64,000 nt of DNA. Origin: Eledone cirrhosa. Taxonomy: Eukaryota. The notes beneath the pieces are model-generated. The model made no database searches, was not told the origin of the DNA, and saw only the letters and a program-made list of their open reading frames with translations. The DNA is taken from assembly GCA_964016885.1 (NCBI GenBank), contig OZ024753.1:2790001-2854000 (forward strand), in the 5' to 3' direction. The translations under genes were made by a program, and so were the position numbers. Positions 27,751 to 39,053 of this stretch are shown here, one piece after another; positions within the stretch are counted from its first letter, which is position 1, and the number at the start of each line of letters is the position of its first letter.

Positions 27751-27864
27751 AATTTATTCTAACGACCCTTCTGTATAATCCTTCTATATTTGTTGTTAAA
27801 CTCCGACATAGTCTGTAACTTATTGTTTACATCTACACTGACACACACACACATTATATATATG

Positions 27865-28106
27865 ACTTTCGGAAACATTTTTTCACGCTCAGAGTTGCTG
27901 AAGCATGGAACAAACTACCTGCATCAGTTGTTAGCTGTCGAGACACTGCATCCTTTAAGGCCTCCATACTTCCCGAGATCCGCCAACACTACAGCTAACA
28001 CATACACACATGTACTTCCCTGACATTTGTGTATTATTCTATGTACTATATTGACGAGTTGTAGTGCACCTGAGCACTTTACACAATAATTTCATTATTA
28101 TTATTA
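27865..28106 (+). mobile_element. CR1-like LINE 3' end
   Basis: RKHFFTLRVAEAWNKLPASVVSCRDTASFKASIL, then 3' UTR gtgcacctgagcactttacacaataat and (ATT)n tail. Confidence 0.75.
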
Positions 28107-28717
28107 TATTGTATCATTTAACCCATACAGTTCCATTTATAATTTATACTTTATCAAACTTTCAAAGTGAATACCTACAGGAACGTGTAATTTCAGTTTA
28201 CATGCACAAACTCAATCGCTTCTTCTTCTACTCAGGAACATTATCCTAGTTCAACCTCAAGTTATAGTCACTATGTACGTTGTTACACTGTTAGATTTAT
28301 ATATAGACTGAATCAGAATGGGAGATAAAAATAGAGAATGGGTGAGAAATAACAAAATTATTCAAGACATATACAGGAACATAGGTTATAAAGTTACCAC
28401 CACCCGTTTTGTCACCCCTACCCTCCTTAATATATCTTTCAGGTAAGTGTACGAAAAGAAAGTCTAGCTAACCAACTGATTACTTTTTCAGTGTCTATAT
28501 CAATATAGTGTCTATATCATTAGCAAAGAAACTGCTATCAGTATACGTTAATTAGAAACCCCAATATACTTTTGATCACCTTTCCAACACAACTACGACG
28601 ACGACTAAAAAAAGTTGAATATTTTCCAAGTCATTGCTATTGATATCCAAACATAAACACAGCTATATATAATATATACACACAGCACAGAAATATATTT
28701 ATATATACTCACAACTA

Positions 28718-28791
<74 letters not shown>

Positions 28792-28810
28792 GTATATATA
28801 TATATGTGTG

Positions 28811-28841
<31 letters not shown>

Positions 28842-28929
28842 GTATATATATGTATATGTATATATATATATATGTATATATATGTATGAAGGCACAGAAA
28901 AGGTGATAAAAATTTTCTGTAATACTTAC

Positions 28930-28947
28930 ATGGTTTAGAAACTCCAT
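28930..28947 (-). CDS. Candidate 18-nt microexon of the same gene
   Basis: Minus strand reads tcgtttctttgttttctcttacAG|ATGGAGTTTCTAAACCAT|GTAAGT: strong acceptor and donor, length divisible by 3, open in phase 1 (DGVSKP) and phase 0 (MEFLNH). Confidence 0.5.
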
Positions 28948-29269
28948 CTGTAAGAGAAAACAAAGAAACGATTATCAGAACATATTGACAACAAACGGGT
29001 ACTGTCAAACACTTTGTTTTCTCCATCAGTAAAATAATTCGCTGTATGTGTTATATGTAAATATAAACCAAACAGTGAGTGTGTTCTGTTATTAATTCTG
29101 GCAATATTATGCAAATATGACCCTCCCCAAGTATATTTATATATATATATCAATAATACATTCTATGCGGGTTGCCGACAAACACGAGATACTCAAACAA
29201 ACATACATACATATTACACTTATACACTTACTCTCTCACAAACACAGGCATACACCATCACCATCTCAC

Positions 29270-29397
29270 ATCCGTATTAATGTGGTGGAATGGTATTATC
29301 TTTCGCTGTATTAGCACATTCTCTGTTGTGGGTGTGTGTTTTTGGATTGGAGCAGATGGCCCTGCCTGTCTATCGGCTGATGACGTTAATGGGTCGG
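29270..29397 (-). CDS. Weak candidate linker exon (Pro/Thr/Ser-rich)
   Basis: Long pyrimidine tract (about 29420-29452), CAG acceptor, open phase-1 frame ADPLTSSADRQAGPSAPIQKHTPTT..., GTGAGA donor. Contains a 21-bp tandem duplication; no recognisable homology. Confidence 0.2.
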
Positions 29398-29880
29398 CTG
29401 ATGACGTTAATGGGTCGACAGAGAAAGAAAGAGGGTAAAAAGAGAGAAAAAGTGTGGTAATGTCTGACAAAAGTCATGTGTTATTGTTGTTCTTACTGTT
29501 CTAGTAGTTTGGCCTTTGTTGATTTGCTCGGCGGCTTCAATTTAGAAGTACGATGTTGTTTCACTTACTAAGTAGTTTTGTTGTAATTGCTAGCACTTTG
29601 GCTAAATATTTTCTATTTATTTATTTAGACTGTATTTTTAATTTTTTTCCTTTGTTAATAATGAAATGGGCCTCTGTCGGTTTCAACGATGAGTGTTCCA
29701 GTCACAATAAAGTTATGGTGAATGGCATTAAGTTATGACAATGACACTTGTCTAAGATGTTACACAATGAGATTGAACTTGGAACCTGAAGGTTGCAAAG
29801 CCAATTTCCTAAATATTTGACCAGAGTAATACACCCACCCACACATAGTCCTTAACCATTGACCAAGCTGTATTCACAGT

Positions 29881-30408
29881 AATCATCATCATCATCATCA
29901 TCCGATGGTCTCAGCCGAAATCAACTCAACAATTGATCTCCAAGTGGATCTGTTGTTCATTGCTGCTGACAAATCCTGGATTTCAATACCAGAATCTCTG
30001 GAGATGACATTGGGGTAGGAGAGCTTGCTCCTTCTGTTATTAGTGACTGCTTGTGGTTTCCAAAGCACTAATGGAGACACAGCCTCAGAGGTGGTACGAT
30101 GGCAGTGGCCAGCAAATCTTACTCTCCTTTTACGTACAACGACAGATATGCGTGGGAGGCCGGCATATATCTCTCTCAAAGTCAGATGTCGCCAGCTTAT
30201 GTTCTGAATGTGTCAAAGCAGGCGAGTGTAGGTGCCATCAAGGTGCTTTTGTTGTTTGGATGAAAGCGTCCATGTTTCACTTCCATATAGCAAGATTGAC
30301 TGAATTGTTACCTGGAAGAGTCTGATCTTGGGGTGGTTGGAAAGATTTGAGTGCCAAACTCAATCCATCTTGTTGCAAGCTGACCAATCTTGGGCCTTTC
30401 TGGTGACC
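29881..30408 (-). mobile_element. RTE-like LINE 3' fragment (second family)
   Basis: RKRRVRFAGHCHR..LVLWKP..YPNVISRDSG..MNNRSTWR then (GAT)n tail; relatives at about 24540-24930 and 39325-39545. Confidence 0.8.
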
Positions 30409-30479
30409 TACATAGTCCTTAACCATTTGACCTCAGATATACACACACTAACATAGTCCTAAACAATTTAACTGATGCG

Positions 30480-30831
30480 TATGACGGATGACAGCTGCAT
30501 AAAAGGTGCAGAGCACTATAAGTCGATGGAAGCCGCGGAGTGGGGGGACCCAAGAAGACCTGGGATGAGGTGATAAAAGCCGACCTTACCCAATTGTACC
30601 TCTCAAAGGCGATGACACATGATGGTGACCTCTGGCATCACGCAGTAATACAGAAGACCCGACTTCCCACGGGTGCAAGCTGAAGCTGAAGCATATAGAC
30701 AATATGCCCCACCACCTCCCACTGCAAAGTGGTCGTGGAGGTGCCATAGCAAAAAAGCACCCAGTCCACACTGTAAAACGGATGTGTAGGCGCCACGGAA
30801 AAAAAGCACCCAGCACTCACTGTAAATGAGT
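30480..30831 (+). mobile_element. RTE LINE 3' fragment with repeated 3' UTR units
   Basis: GSRGVGGPKKTWDEVIKADL-like frame followed by aaaaagcacccagtccacactgtaaa units. Confidence 0.7.
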
Positions 30832-32281
30832 ATTCTCATAAATTGCTACAAAGGTAAAGGGGATGCTCTGGAGAGGAGCAATTATAGGGGTATAAAACTG
30901 ATGGATCAGGTTATGAAAGTAGCAGAAAAGATATTAGCACAACTAATTAGATAAAGGGTCAAACTAGATGAGATGCAGTCTGGTTTTGTGCCTGGGAAAA
31001 GTACAACAGATGCCCTCTTCTTGGTGAGACAATTACAAGAGAGGTTCTTAGCTTTTGTTGACTTAGAGAAGGCCTTTGATAGGGTACCCGGTCTGTCATC
31101 TGGTGGTCCCTAAGGAAACTAGGTGTTGAGGACAGTGCAAACTTTGTACAGAGGTGCTGTCAGTAAAGTCAGGGTAGGAATGGAGTTTAGTGAGGAATTC
31201 CAGATACAAGTAGGAGTACATCAAGGTTCGGTCGTCAGCCCGCTCTTGTTCATTATAGTCCTCCAAGCCATAACAAAGGAGTTTAAGACTTGCTGTCCAT
31301 GGGAACTTCTCTATGCTGATGATCTGGTTCTTATAGCAGAATCAGTAGAGGAGCTAGAGAATAAATTCTGGCTATGGAAACAACAGTTGGAAGCAAGAGG
31401 ACTGAGAGTGAACCTAGCTAAGACAAAAGTGTTGATGAGTAGAAAAGAGGACAAAATTCTGATTCCATCAGGGAAATGGCCATGTTCGATATGCAGAAAA
31501 GGAACTGGGTACACAAGAGATGTAATGGGATAGCAGGCAAACTAACAGGTAGGGAGAAATACGTATGCAGTAAATGTACAAGGAAATTAGACAGTAAAAG
31601 CTGCACTGATAGACACATTTTTCAAATGCAGGCGGGTGCTATAGAAGTGGTTGATAGCTTCCGGTACCTAGGAGATCAGATTAGCATGGGAGGGGGGGGG
31701 GGGGGGGGGTCCGAGGCCATAGTATCTAGAATAAGGGTCGGTTGGAAGATGTTTAGGGTGCTGCTTCCTCTGCTGACGCAGAAGGGTTTCTCCCTGCGTA
31801 CGAAAGGCCGGTTGTATGATGCCTGTGTGAGGAGCGCAATGCTGCATGGTAGTGAGACTTGGGCAGCAACTGCAGAGGATATGTGATGTGGCTGGAGAGA
31901 AATGAGGCAAGCATGCTCCGTTGGATGTGCAATGTCAATGTGCGTGAACGACCCAGCATGGATGTGTTGAAAGAGAAACTGTGTCTGAGAGGGATAGAAT
32001 GTAGTGTGCGAGAGAGGAGACTACGGTGGTATGGACATGTGATGTGCATGGAGGATGACCGATGGGTGAAGAAGTGCCAGGAAATGCCAGTTGAAGGAAG
32101 ATGTGGTAGAGGTAGACCACGAAAAACATGGGCGGAGGTGGTGAGAACAGACCTCAGATTGCTGAAGCTCACGGTGGAGATGACGAAGGACCGTGACAAG
32201 TGGAGAGATGCTGTGCTGAATAAAACCCATCCTACCCTTGCAAGCAGGGAAAAGCGAACGTAAAATGATGATCATGATGAT
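30832..32281 (+). mobile_element. 5'-truncated, inactivated RTE-clade LINE (RT, C-terminal region, (ATG)n tail)
   Basis: CYKGKGDALERSNYRGIKL, FVDLEKAFDRVP, QGSVVSPLLF, LLYADDLVL, FRYLG, RRLRWYGHV, GRGRPRKTW; several stops and frameshifts. Confidence 0.92.
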
Positions 32282-33096
32282 ATACAGAGAATTAGTTCCA
32301 CAACAGTTTAACAAGCCATACTTGAGGACACGTGTTTCACCCATAGGAATATTCAACTCGTGTATGGTTATAATGAGAACAGAAGTATTTATGAGCTGGC
32401 TGGATTCTGCACAGATGTCAGTAAATGATTCTGTTACAAGGGAAGTAAATCGAGTATGACTGTTGTAGGGAATACAACTTTTGAAGAATGATCCCTTGAG
32501 ATAATTCAGCCTGAGTTAATCTTCTGTTTATGCAATAAGCCTGAGTTAATCTTCCAGTTACGCAATAAACATTTTGGAGCATGGGGGCTATGATTAAAAC
32601 AATTATGTATGTATGTATGTCTGTATGTATGCGACAGGCAACCTATAGCAACACAGTGAAGTGGATCTAAAACTAATTATGTAGCATTGCTGTATATTCA
32701 TATGACAATACATATATATATACACGCACACACACATGTACATATATACACACACACACATATATACACACACACACATATATATACACACACACATATA
32801 TACACACACACACATACATATATACACATACATACACACACACACACACACATACATATATATACACATACATACACACACACATACATATATATACACA
32901 CACACATATATAAACACACACACATACATATGTACACACACACACATACATATATACACACACACACATATGTTAGTTATTAGTTCTAGTTGAATTATAA
33001 ATTATTTCCTGTACAATTTATTGTGCAGATAAAATAAAAGTAATGGAGGGGGCAGAGGAGATGTATGACGAATGTTTGTGAATAACTATCATGCTT

Positions 33097-33130
<34 letters not shown>

Positions 33131-33419
33131 TATATACATACACATCACACACATATCTATATACACACACATACATACATTTATACATAAATACATATCA
33201 ATATGTAATTTTTTTCCCAACAACAATATTTTTCAATTAATATTCATCAAATAATAAAGGTCATACATAAAAAAATCATCGATGGTGAACGTAATATAAT
33301 ATTTACATATAATGAACAATAAAACAACTATATTTATTCATATTAATTACACAAATCTCTTATTGTTGTTGTTGTTCTTTGTTATTTACATGATTTTTTA
33401 CACCTATTTTACCATAGGT

Positions 33420-33457
<38 letters not shown>

Positions 33458-35189
33458 TTTTAATAAAGTTTAGATATTTGCATGATTCTGGAACAACTGA
33501 CTGTGAAAAGATGGATGACATTCCTTACCTCTTGCCAAGCCAATCATGTTGCCTTCAACACATTATATTAAAGACATTTCTAATACTACATCATCATCGT
33601 CATCATCATCATTATTATTTAACCCTGTAACATTTAAACTGGCCGTATCCAGCCAGAATTCTTTCACCTCTTTCTGTTCAAATTGGCTGTAACAGGCTTT
33701 AACTGGCCGCTCATACAGACTTTAAGGTATTGTTCTCAAAATAAATAATATCAAAATCTCATAGATTCGATATTATGTGAGATATTATGTGAGCTAAAGC
33801 CTTTACCGTGAAAATACAATAGTATATATAGAGTAATGTAAATACTAAAGGGTTAATGTTAGCATGGGTTAGATGGGTTATCCAATTTGAAACAAGTTGG
33901 GTCAGATGGCCATGTCTTGCACATATAGAACTGTTTCTAGCTAGATTTCTACAGCTGGATGCCCTTCCTAATGCCCCATATGTCCCTAACAAATTATGCG
34001 CCCCCCCCCCATATCTCACCCTGTTTCTGTCTCCCCCTTTCTCTTTATATGTTTGTCTCTTTAACAGACCAGAGACCATACATATGTATACATGTGTATG
34101 TAAAGTATTTAATAAATCAAATCTTAATTTGTCTGTTTGTTACTATATTTGGTACAGCAGTAGTAAGCAGATTGGTGAAGATGATGGGGTGGGTGGCTGC
34201 TTGCTTGCTTTCAGAATTACATTTTATTAAGTATGTTGTATTGTATTAGTGGTGGTGGTGTATTGTATGGTATAGATTGTAGTAGGGGTGGTGTGATGTG
34301 TTGTAGTGCGTTGGTGTGCAATGGTACAGTGGTGATGGTGGTAGCCATGTGGTGGTGGTCGTTTTGGTGGTGCGGTGTAGTGGTGATGTTGTGATGGTGG
34401 TGGTTTGCTGAATGGTATAGATTGTGGTGATGGTGGTGTGGTGTGGTATGGTGATGGTGTGATGTAGTGTGGTGGTGGTGGTGCAGTGATGGTGGTGTGG
34501 TGCAGATGTGGAGAGAGTAAGACTTCTTAAACTCATTGTTTAATAAATGTCGATTGTGTTTACAATCAAAGGCAAGAATATAGATGAAAGTTCATTGAAT
34601 GTCACTTCTAAACACCCACACCATTCATCTATCTTCTTCTATAACACACAAGCACACCTCTCACTTGATCTCATATATATATTGTTTTATTCATGTAGTG
34701 GCTATGCTAGAGGTAAAATAATTCAGCAGCAAATATTTAGCTGCTGAATTAATTAAAATGAAACAAAAGTCCTACTTAACAATGCCTATCCTAATTATCT
34801 AATTGATAAATATATGACTAATTTCTATTATAGAATAAATAAGACTCAAGTATTTTATTCAATAAGTTCATTAGAGATATCGGCACAAAACTACAAATAA
34901 ACTTCCAATTAATAAGAAATCAATCAATTTTATTGATGATGGATCCTCCACCAGTTTCAACGATGAGCAATCCAGTTATTCAATCAACTGGACTACTGTT
35001 CATTGAATTATAGTTTAAGTGAGCAAGTGTTGTCAGATACTTGTAAATTTGATGCAACTTCCAGGCTGAATCAATGTGACATTTTGTGTTACAAGGCTGG
35101 ATCTTTCCAATAATAGATACAATCTATCTATATGTGAATTTGAGCGACTTTCATCCATCTGTCCATCCATCCGTTATGCAATGTATGTT

Positions 35190-36183
35190 TATGAACAGCA
35201 TTGTTGCATGGTAGTGAGACCTGGGTACTATTCACAGAGGACCTGAGAAGATTGGAAAGCAATGAAGCATGCATGCTCTGATGGATGTATAATAGTAATA
35301 TACTAAGAGGGCAATTAGGCATAAGAAGGACCAGATGCAGTATACTAGAGAAGAGATTGTATTGGTAATGTCATGTGATGCATATGAAGGATGACAGTTA
35401 TATAAGGTGCAGGGTGATAACAATTGATGGAAGCTATGGAGTAGGAAGACCCAGGAAGAACTGGGACGAGGTGATAAAAGCTGACCTTATACAATTGCAC
35501 CTCTGAAAGACAAGGACACAGGATCGAGATTTTTGGCGTTATGCAGTAATACAGAAGACACATCTTCCCATATACATGGACTCAAACACACTACTTGTAG
35601 GCACCTCTTAAACACTATATTCTCTTCCATACACCTCCACACCCCTACATACACCCTCCCACTACAGTCCACACCACCCTTGCACTCAAAAGTTATGTTG
35701 ATATCACAAAAAGGCATCCAGCCCGCTCTGTAAAGTGATCATGTAGGTGTCAATAAAAACCACCCAGTCTATACTGTAAAGTGGTCATGTAGGTGTCACA
35801 ACAAAAGGAACACAGTCCACACTGTACAGTGATCATATAGGTGTCATGACAAAAAGCACCCAGTCCACACTGTAAAGTGATCATATAAGTATCACAACAA
35901 AGAGTGCCCAGTCCTCACTATAAAGTGGGCATATAGGTGTCATGAAACAAAGCACCCAGTCCACACTGTAAAGTGGTCATGTAGGTGTCACAAAAAAAAG
36001 CATCCAGCACATACTGTAAATGTGGTTGGCGTTAGGAAGGGCATCCAGCTGGAAAAACCTAGCCAGAAACAGTTCTATATGAGAAGGTCACAGTCACCTG
36101 ACCCAACAAGCTTCAAATGGGACAACCCGTCTTCCCCATGCCAGCATGGAAAATGAACGTTCAACAATGATGATGGCAATGAT
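35190..36183 (+). mobile_element. Degenerate RTE 3' region with ~6 tandem ~48-bp UTR units and (ATG)n tail
   Basis: ALLHGSETW..RLESNEACML..GRPRKNWDEVIKADL relics; units ctgtaaagtggtcatgtaggtgtcac..aaaagcacccagtccaca at about 35729-36020. Confidence 0.75.
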
Positions 36184-36417
36184 ATATATATATACACAAA
36201 TATTTTAGATGAGCTGGTAATGAGTGGGATAACACAGCACATTACTCATCTTGTGTATTTATATCATAATTATATATAATAATATTGTAATGAATTCTCT
36301 CTTGCTTGTAACATTTTAATATATATACACATATATATATATAAATACATATACACATACATATATAAATACACACACATACACATATGTATACATGCAC
36401 ATATATATATATACATC

Positions 36418-36464
<47 letters not shown>

Positions 36465-36808
36465 TTTATATATATCCATGCTAGCGTGGAAGATAGACAT
36501 TAAACGATGATGATGATATATACATCACACATATATATATACATACATACACATATATAGATAGATATATACATATACACATACATATATACACATACAT
36601 CTACACACACACATATATATATACATATACACATATATATATACATATACACATATATATATATACATATACACATATATATTACATACCCATATATATT
36701 ACATATTTATATATATATATATATATATATATCATCATCATCATTTTACGCCCACTTTTCCCTGCTTGCAAGGGTGGGACGATATATATATATTATATAT
36801 ATATATAT

Positions 36809-37348
36809 ATAAAATATTAAACAAATAATGAACAAACAATTCCTTATATTAAATAAAAAAAGTTCACTATTTAACGATCGTTTCTAGGGCATATATGTGT
36901 TATAATTGGTATGCATATTTAACAGATCTATGTACAAAATTATACAAAATTATACAAATTATCAAGATTAAATATACATACCTAACTCATATATACGCCG
37001 TCTTCAGAAATATTTCTGAAGACGGCGTATATATGAGTTAGGTATGTATATTTAATCTTGATAATTTGTATAATTTTGTATAATTTTGTACATAGATCTG
37101 TTAAATATGCATACCAATTATAACACATATATGCCCTAGAAACGATCGTTAAATAGTGAACTTTTTTTATTTAATATAAGGAATTGTTTGTTCATTATTT
37201 GTTTAATATTTTATCTTGACTCTGTATACCGTTTATCTTTCACCGAAAGTGGATTTTCATTACATCTCTTCTTTCCATGATATCCGAAATACATTGAGTT
37301 CTTCATACGGATTGGACACTACCGTAAACTCTTGGTAGATTTATCTAC
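36809..37348 (+). mobile_element. (TA)n-flanked PLE-like non-coding element with a perfect 406-bp palindrome (36809-37214)
   Basis: 203-bp arms, no spacer, centre 37011/37012; unique ~135-bp extension on the right; (TA)n on both sides; contains a hammerhead motif. Confidence 0.65.
37011..37155 (+). ncRNA. Hammerhead ribozyme with ~100-nt loop II; exact mirror copy on minus strand at 36868-37012
   Basis: TATTT-CTGAAGA(37016-37022)-c-ggcgtatat...atatatgcc-cta-GAAA(37139-37142)-C-GATC-G-TT-AAATA; palindromic GATC tetraloop III; the base of stem II is imperfect. Confidence 0.6.
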
Positions 37349-37927
37349 ATATATATATATATATGGATATTATATATATAGGGAGAGAGAGAAAGAGAGA
37401 AAGAGAGAAAGGATGGACCATGTATACTCCTATTCTTAATGAAAATATATTTTATATATTATTTTTATCTTTGTACGAAAGTTATTTTAGGTGTATAACA
37501 CCCCAGGGAGAACATAGAACATGAATTCATTAATTAATTTTTATATCAGAATATATTTCTAGCTTTTGTCTAAAATAACTATGGGGTTATTGGGGTTAGA
37601 AAACAATTGCTGCTTGTTTTAAAAGAGAGCTTGAAATATTCCCATATAGAATTAATTAATTCATATAATGTGTAATGTAATTTTCCACATGCAATAATTG
37701 GCAAATCTACATGACCAGATGGATATTAACAAATACAACAGTCTAATCGAGTGGATGTACATGGTTCTAACTGTGCTGAAGTGGTATGGGACCTTACTGA
37801 GTTAAAGGCCTTATTTATTGAGTTGTCAGCAGCCCAGCATCTTCTCTCTAGGGTTTTATACCCATACAATAAATATATTGTTACATAGATTTATATAAAT
37901 ATATGTGTATATATATATATATATATA

Positions 37928-38110
37928 ATGAAGGAAATGTGGTAAGGAACCAGGTGGACCATAACGCACCAAAGTACTCAATACTTAGGGTAGTAGAGTG
38001 GCTAATAGGAACAAGTAAGACCCCGACGGCTGAGCTCAAGCCGTTTCGACCGCTAATTCAGAATTAGCCGTCGAAACGGCTTGAGCTCAGCCGTCGGGGT
38101 CTTACTTGTT

Positions 38111-38115
<5 letters not shown>
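37928..38115 (-). mobile_element. (TA)n-flanked element with a 111-bp fold-back (38005-38115) and the 3' half of a hammerhead
   Basis: 55-bp arms, 1-nt loop at 38060, one C.C mismatch; carries GAAAC-GGCT-TGAGCTC-AGCC-GTC-GGGGT (stem III, GUC site, stem I'). Confidence 0.6.
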
Positions 38116-38145
<30 letters not shown>

Positions 38146-38151
<6 letters not shown>

Positions 38152-38604
38152 ATGCTTTGGGAGGGTCATGTTGCCAATAAGAAACACACGCACCAGTTGC
38201 TTTCACTTCAATTTATTATAAATTAAATTTATAAATTTCCGGTTGGTTCGTTGGTTCCACAACCAGACGATTGTTCATACCCCATCTTGTTTTTGCACAA
38301 GATGGGGTAGGACAGAACAAAGGAGAGAAACAAAGAAAAGAATCCCCACTCACTGAAGAGGTCAAAGAATGTGAGACGAAAAAACTTTGACAATATATGA
38401 ACAATCGTCTGGTTGTGGAACCAACGAACCAACCGGAAATTTATAAATTCCTAAATTTATAAATTTAATTTATAATAAATTGAAGTGAAAGCAACTGGTG
38501 CGTGTGTTTCTTATTGGCAACATGACCCTCCCAAAGCATAACAATATCGGTTTCAACACACGTTTTCAGATAAAGAATCTTGCTAAACAAATTGAGAAAC
38601 GAAA
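38146..38604 (+). mobile_element. (TA)n-flanked element with ~135-bp inverted arms and a ~115-bp spacer
   Basis: Arms about 38146-38279 and 38395-38547, with a short insertion in the right arm; the spacer has the hairpin taccccatcttgt/acaagatggggta and a CTGAAGA motif; unique 3' extension. Confidence 0.6.
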
Positions 38605-38619
38605 TATATATATATATAT

Positions 38620-38935
38620 ATAATATAAGATCAAAAGATGGTTAAAAGAGTTCCATGTATTTTATTATGCGCATTTCAAAAACAAATATCATCATGAGAT
38701 GACATTTGCGTTTTTGTCAGATAAAATAGGGAGACATGATATGAAGGTTAAAAAGCACTTGTGAATAGTGCAGTTTTAAATCAACATATTGAAAATGTGC
38801 GTAATAAAATACATGGAACTCTTTTAACCATCTTTTGATCTTATATTATTTATACTCCAGTCCCACAAACTGTAGAGTGCTACTTATCCGATATCTGCAT
38901 TGCTTTATTGTACTACAATAAAACTCACCTCCTAC
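38620..38935. mobile_element. (TA)n-flanked element with ~60-bp inverted arms and a hammerhead
   Basis: Arms 38620-38679 and 38789-38849; hammerhead at 38658-38728 on the minus strand; unique right extension. Confidence 0.6.
38658..38728 (-). ncRNA. Minimal type I hammerhead ribozyme with a G8>A core change
   Basis: Minus strand: tattttat-CTGACAA-aaacgcaaatgtcatc(tcat)gatgatatttgttttt-GAAA-T-GCGC-A-TA-ataaaata. 8-bp stem I, long stem II, palindromic GCGC loop. Confidence 0.65.
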
Positions 38936-39020
38936 ATATATATATATATAAGTTAACGTGATATCGTTTAAGGTAATCCAACTAGCTGGCCACGTTATTC
39001 TTCACTCTTTTACTATATAC

Positions 39021-39053
<33 letters not shown>

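Noticed and set aside
29373-29426. CTGATGA motifs in a 21-bp duplication followed by GAAA
   Set aside because: No stem II, stem III or NUH geometry.
38348-38490. Complete hammerhead in the third fold-back element
   Set aside because: CTGAAGA and a GAAA are present, but stem I and the NUH register could not be closed convincingly; kept only as a partial motif.
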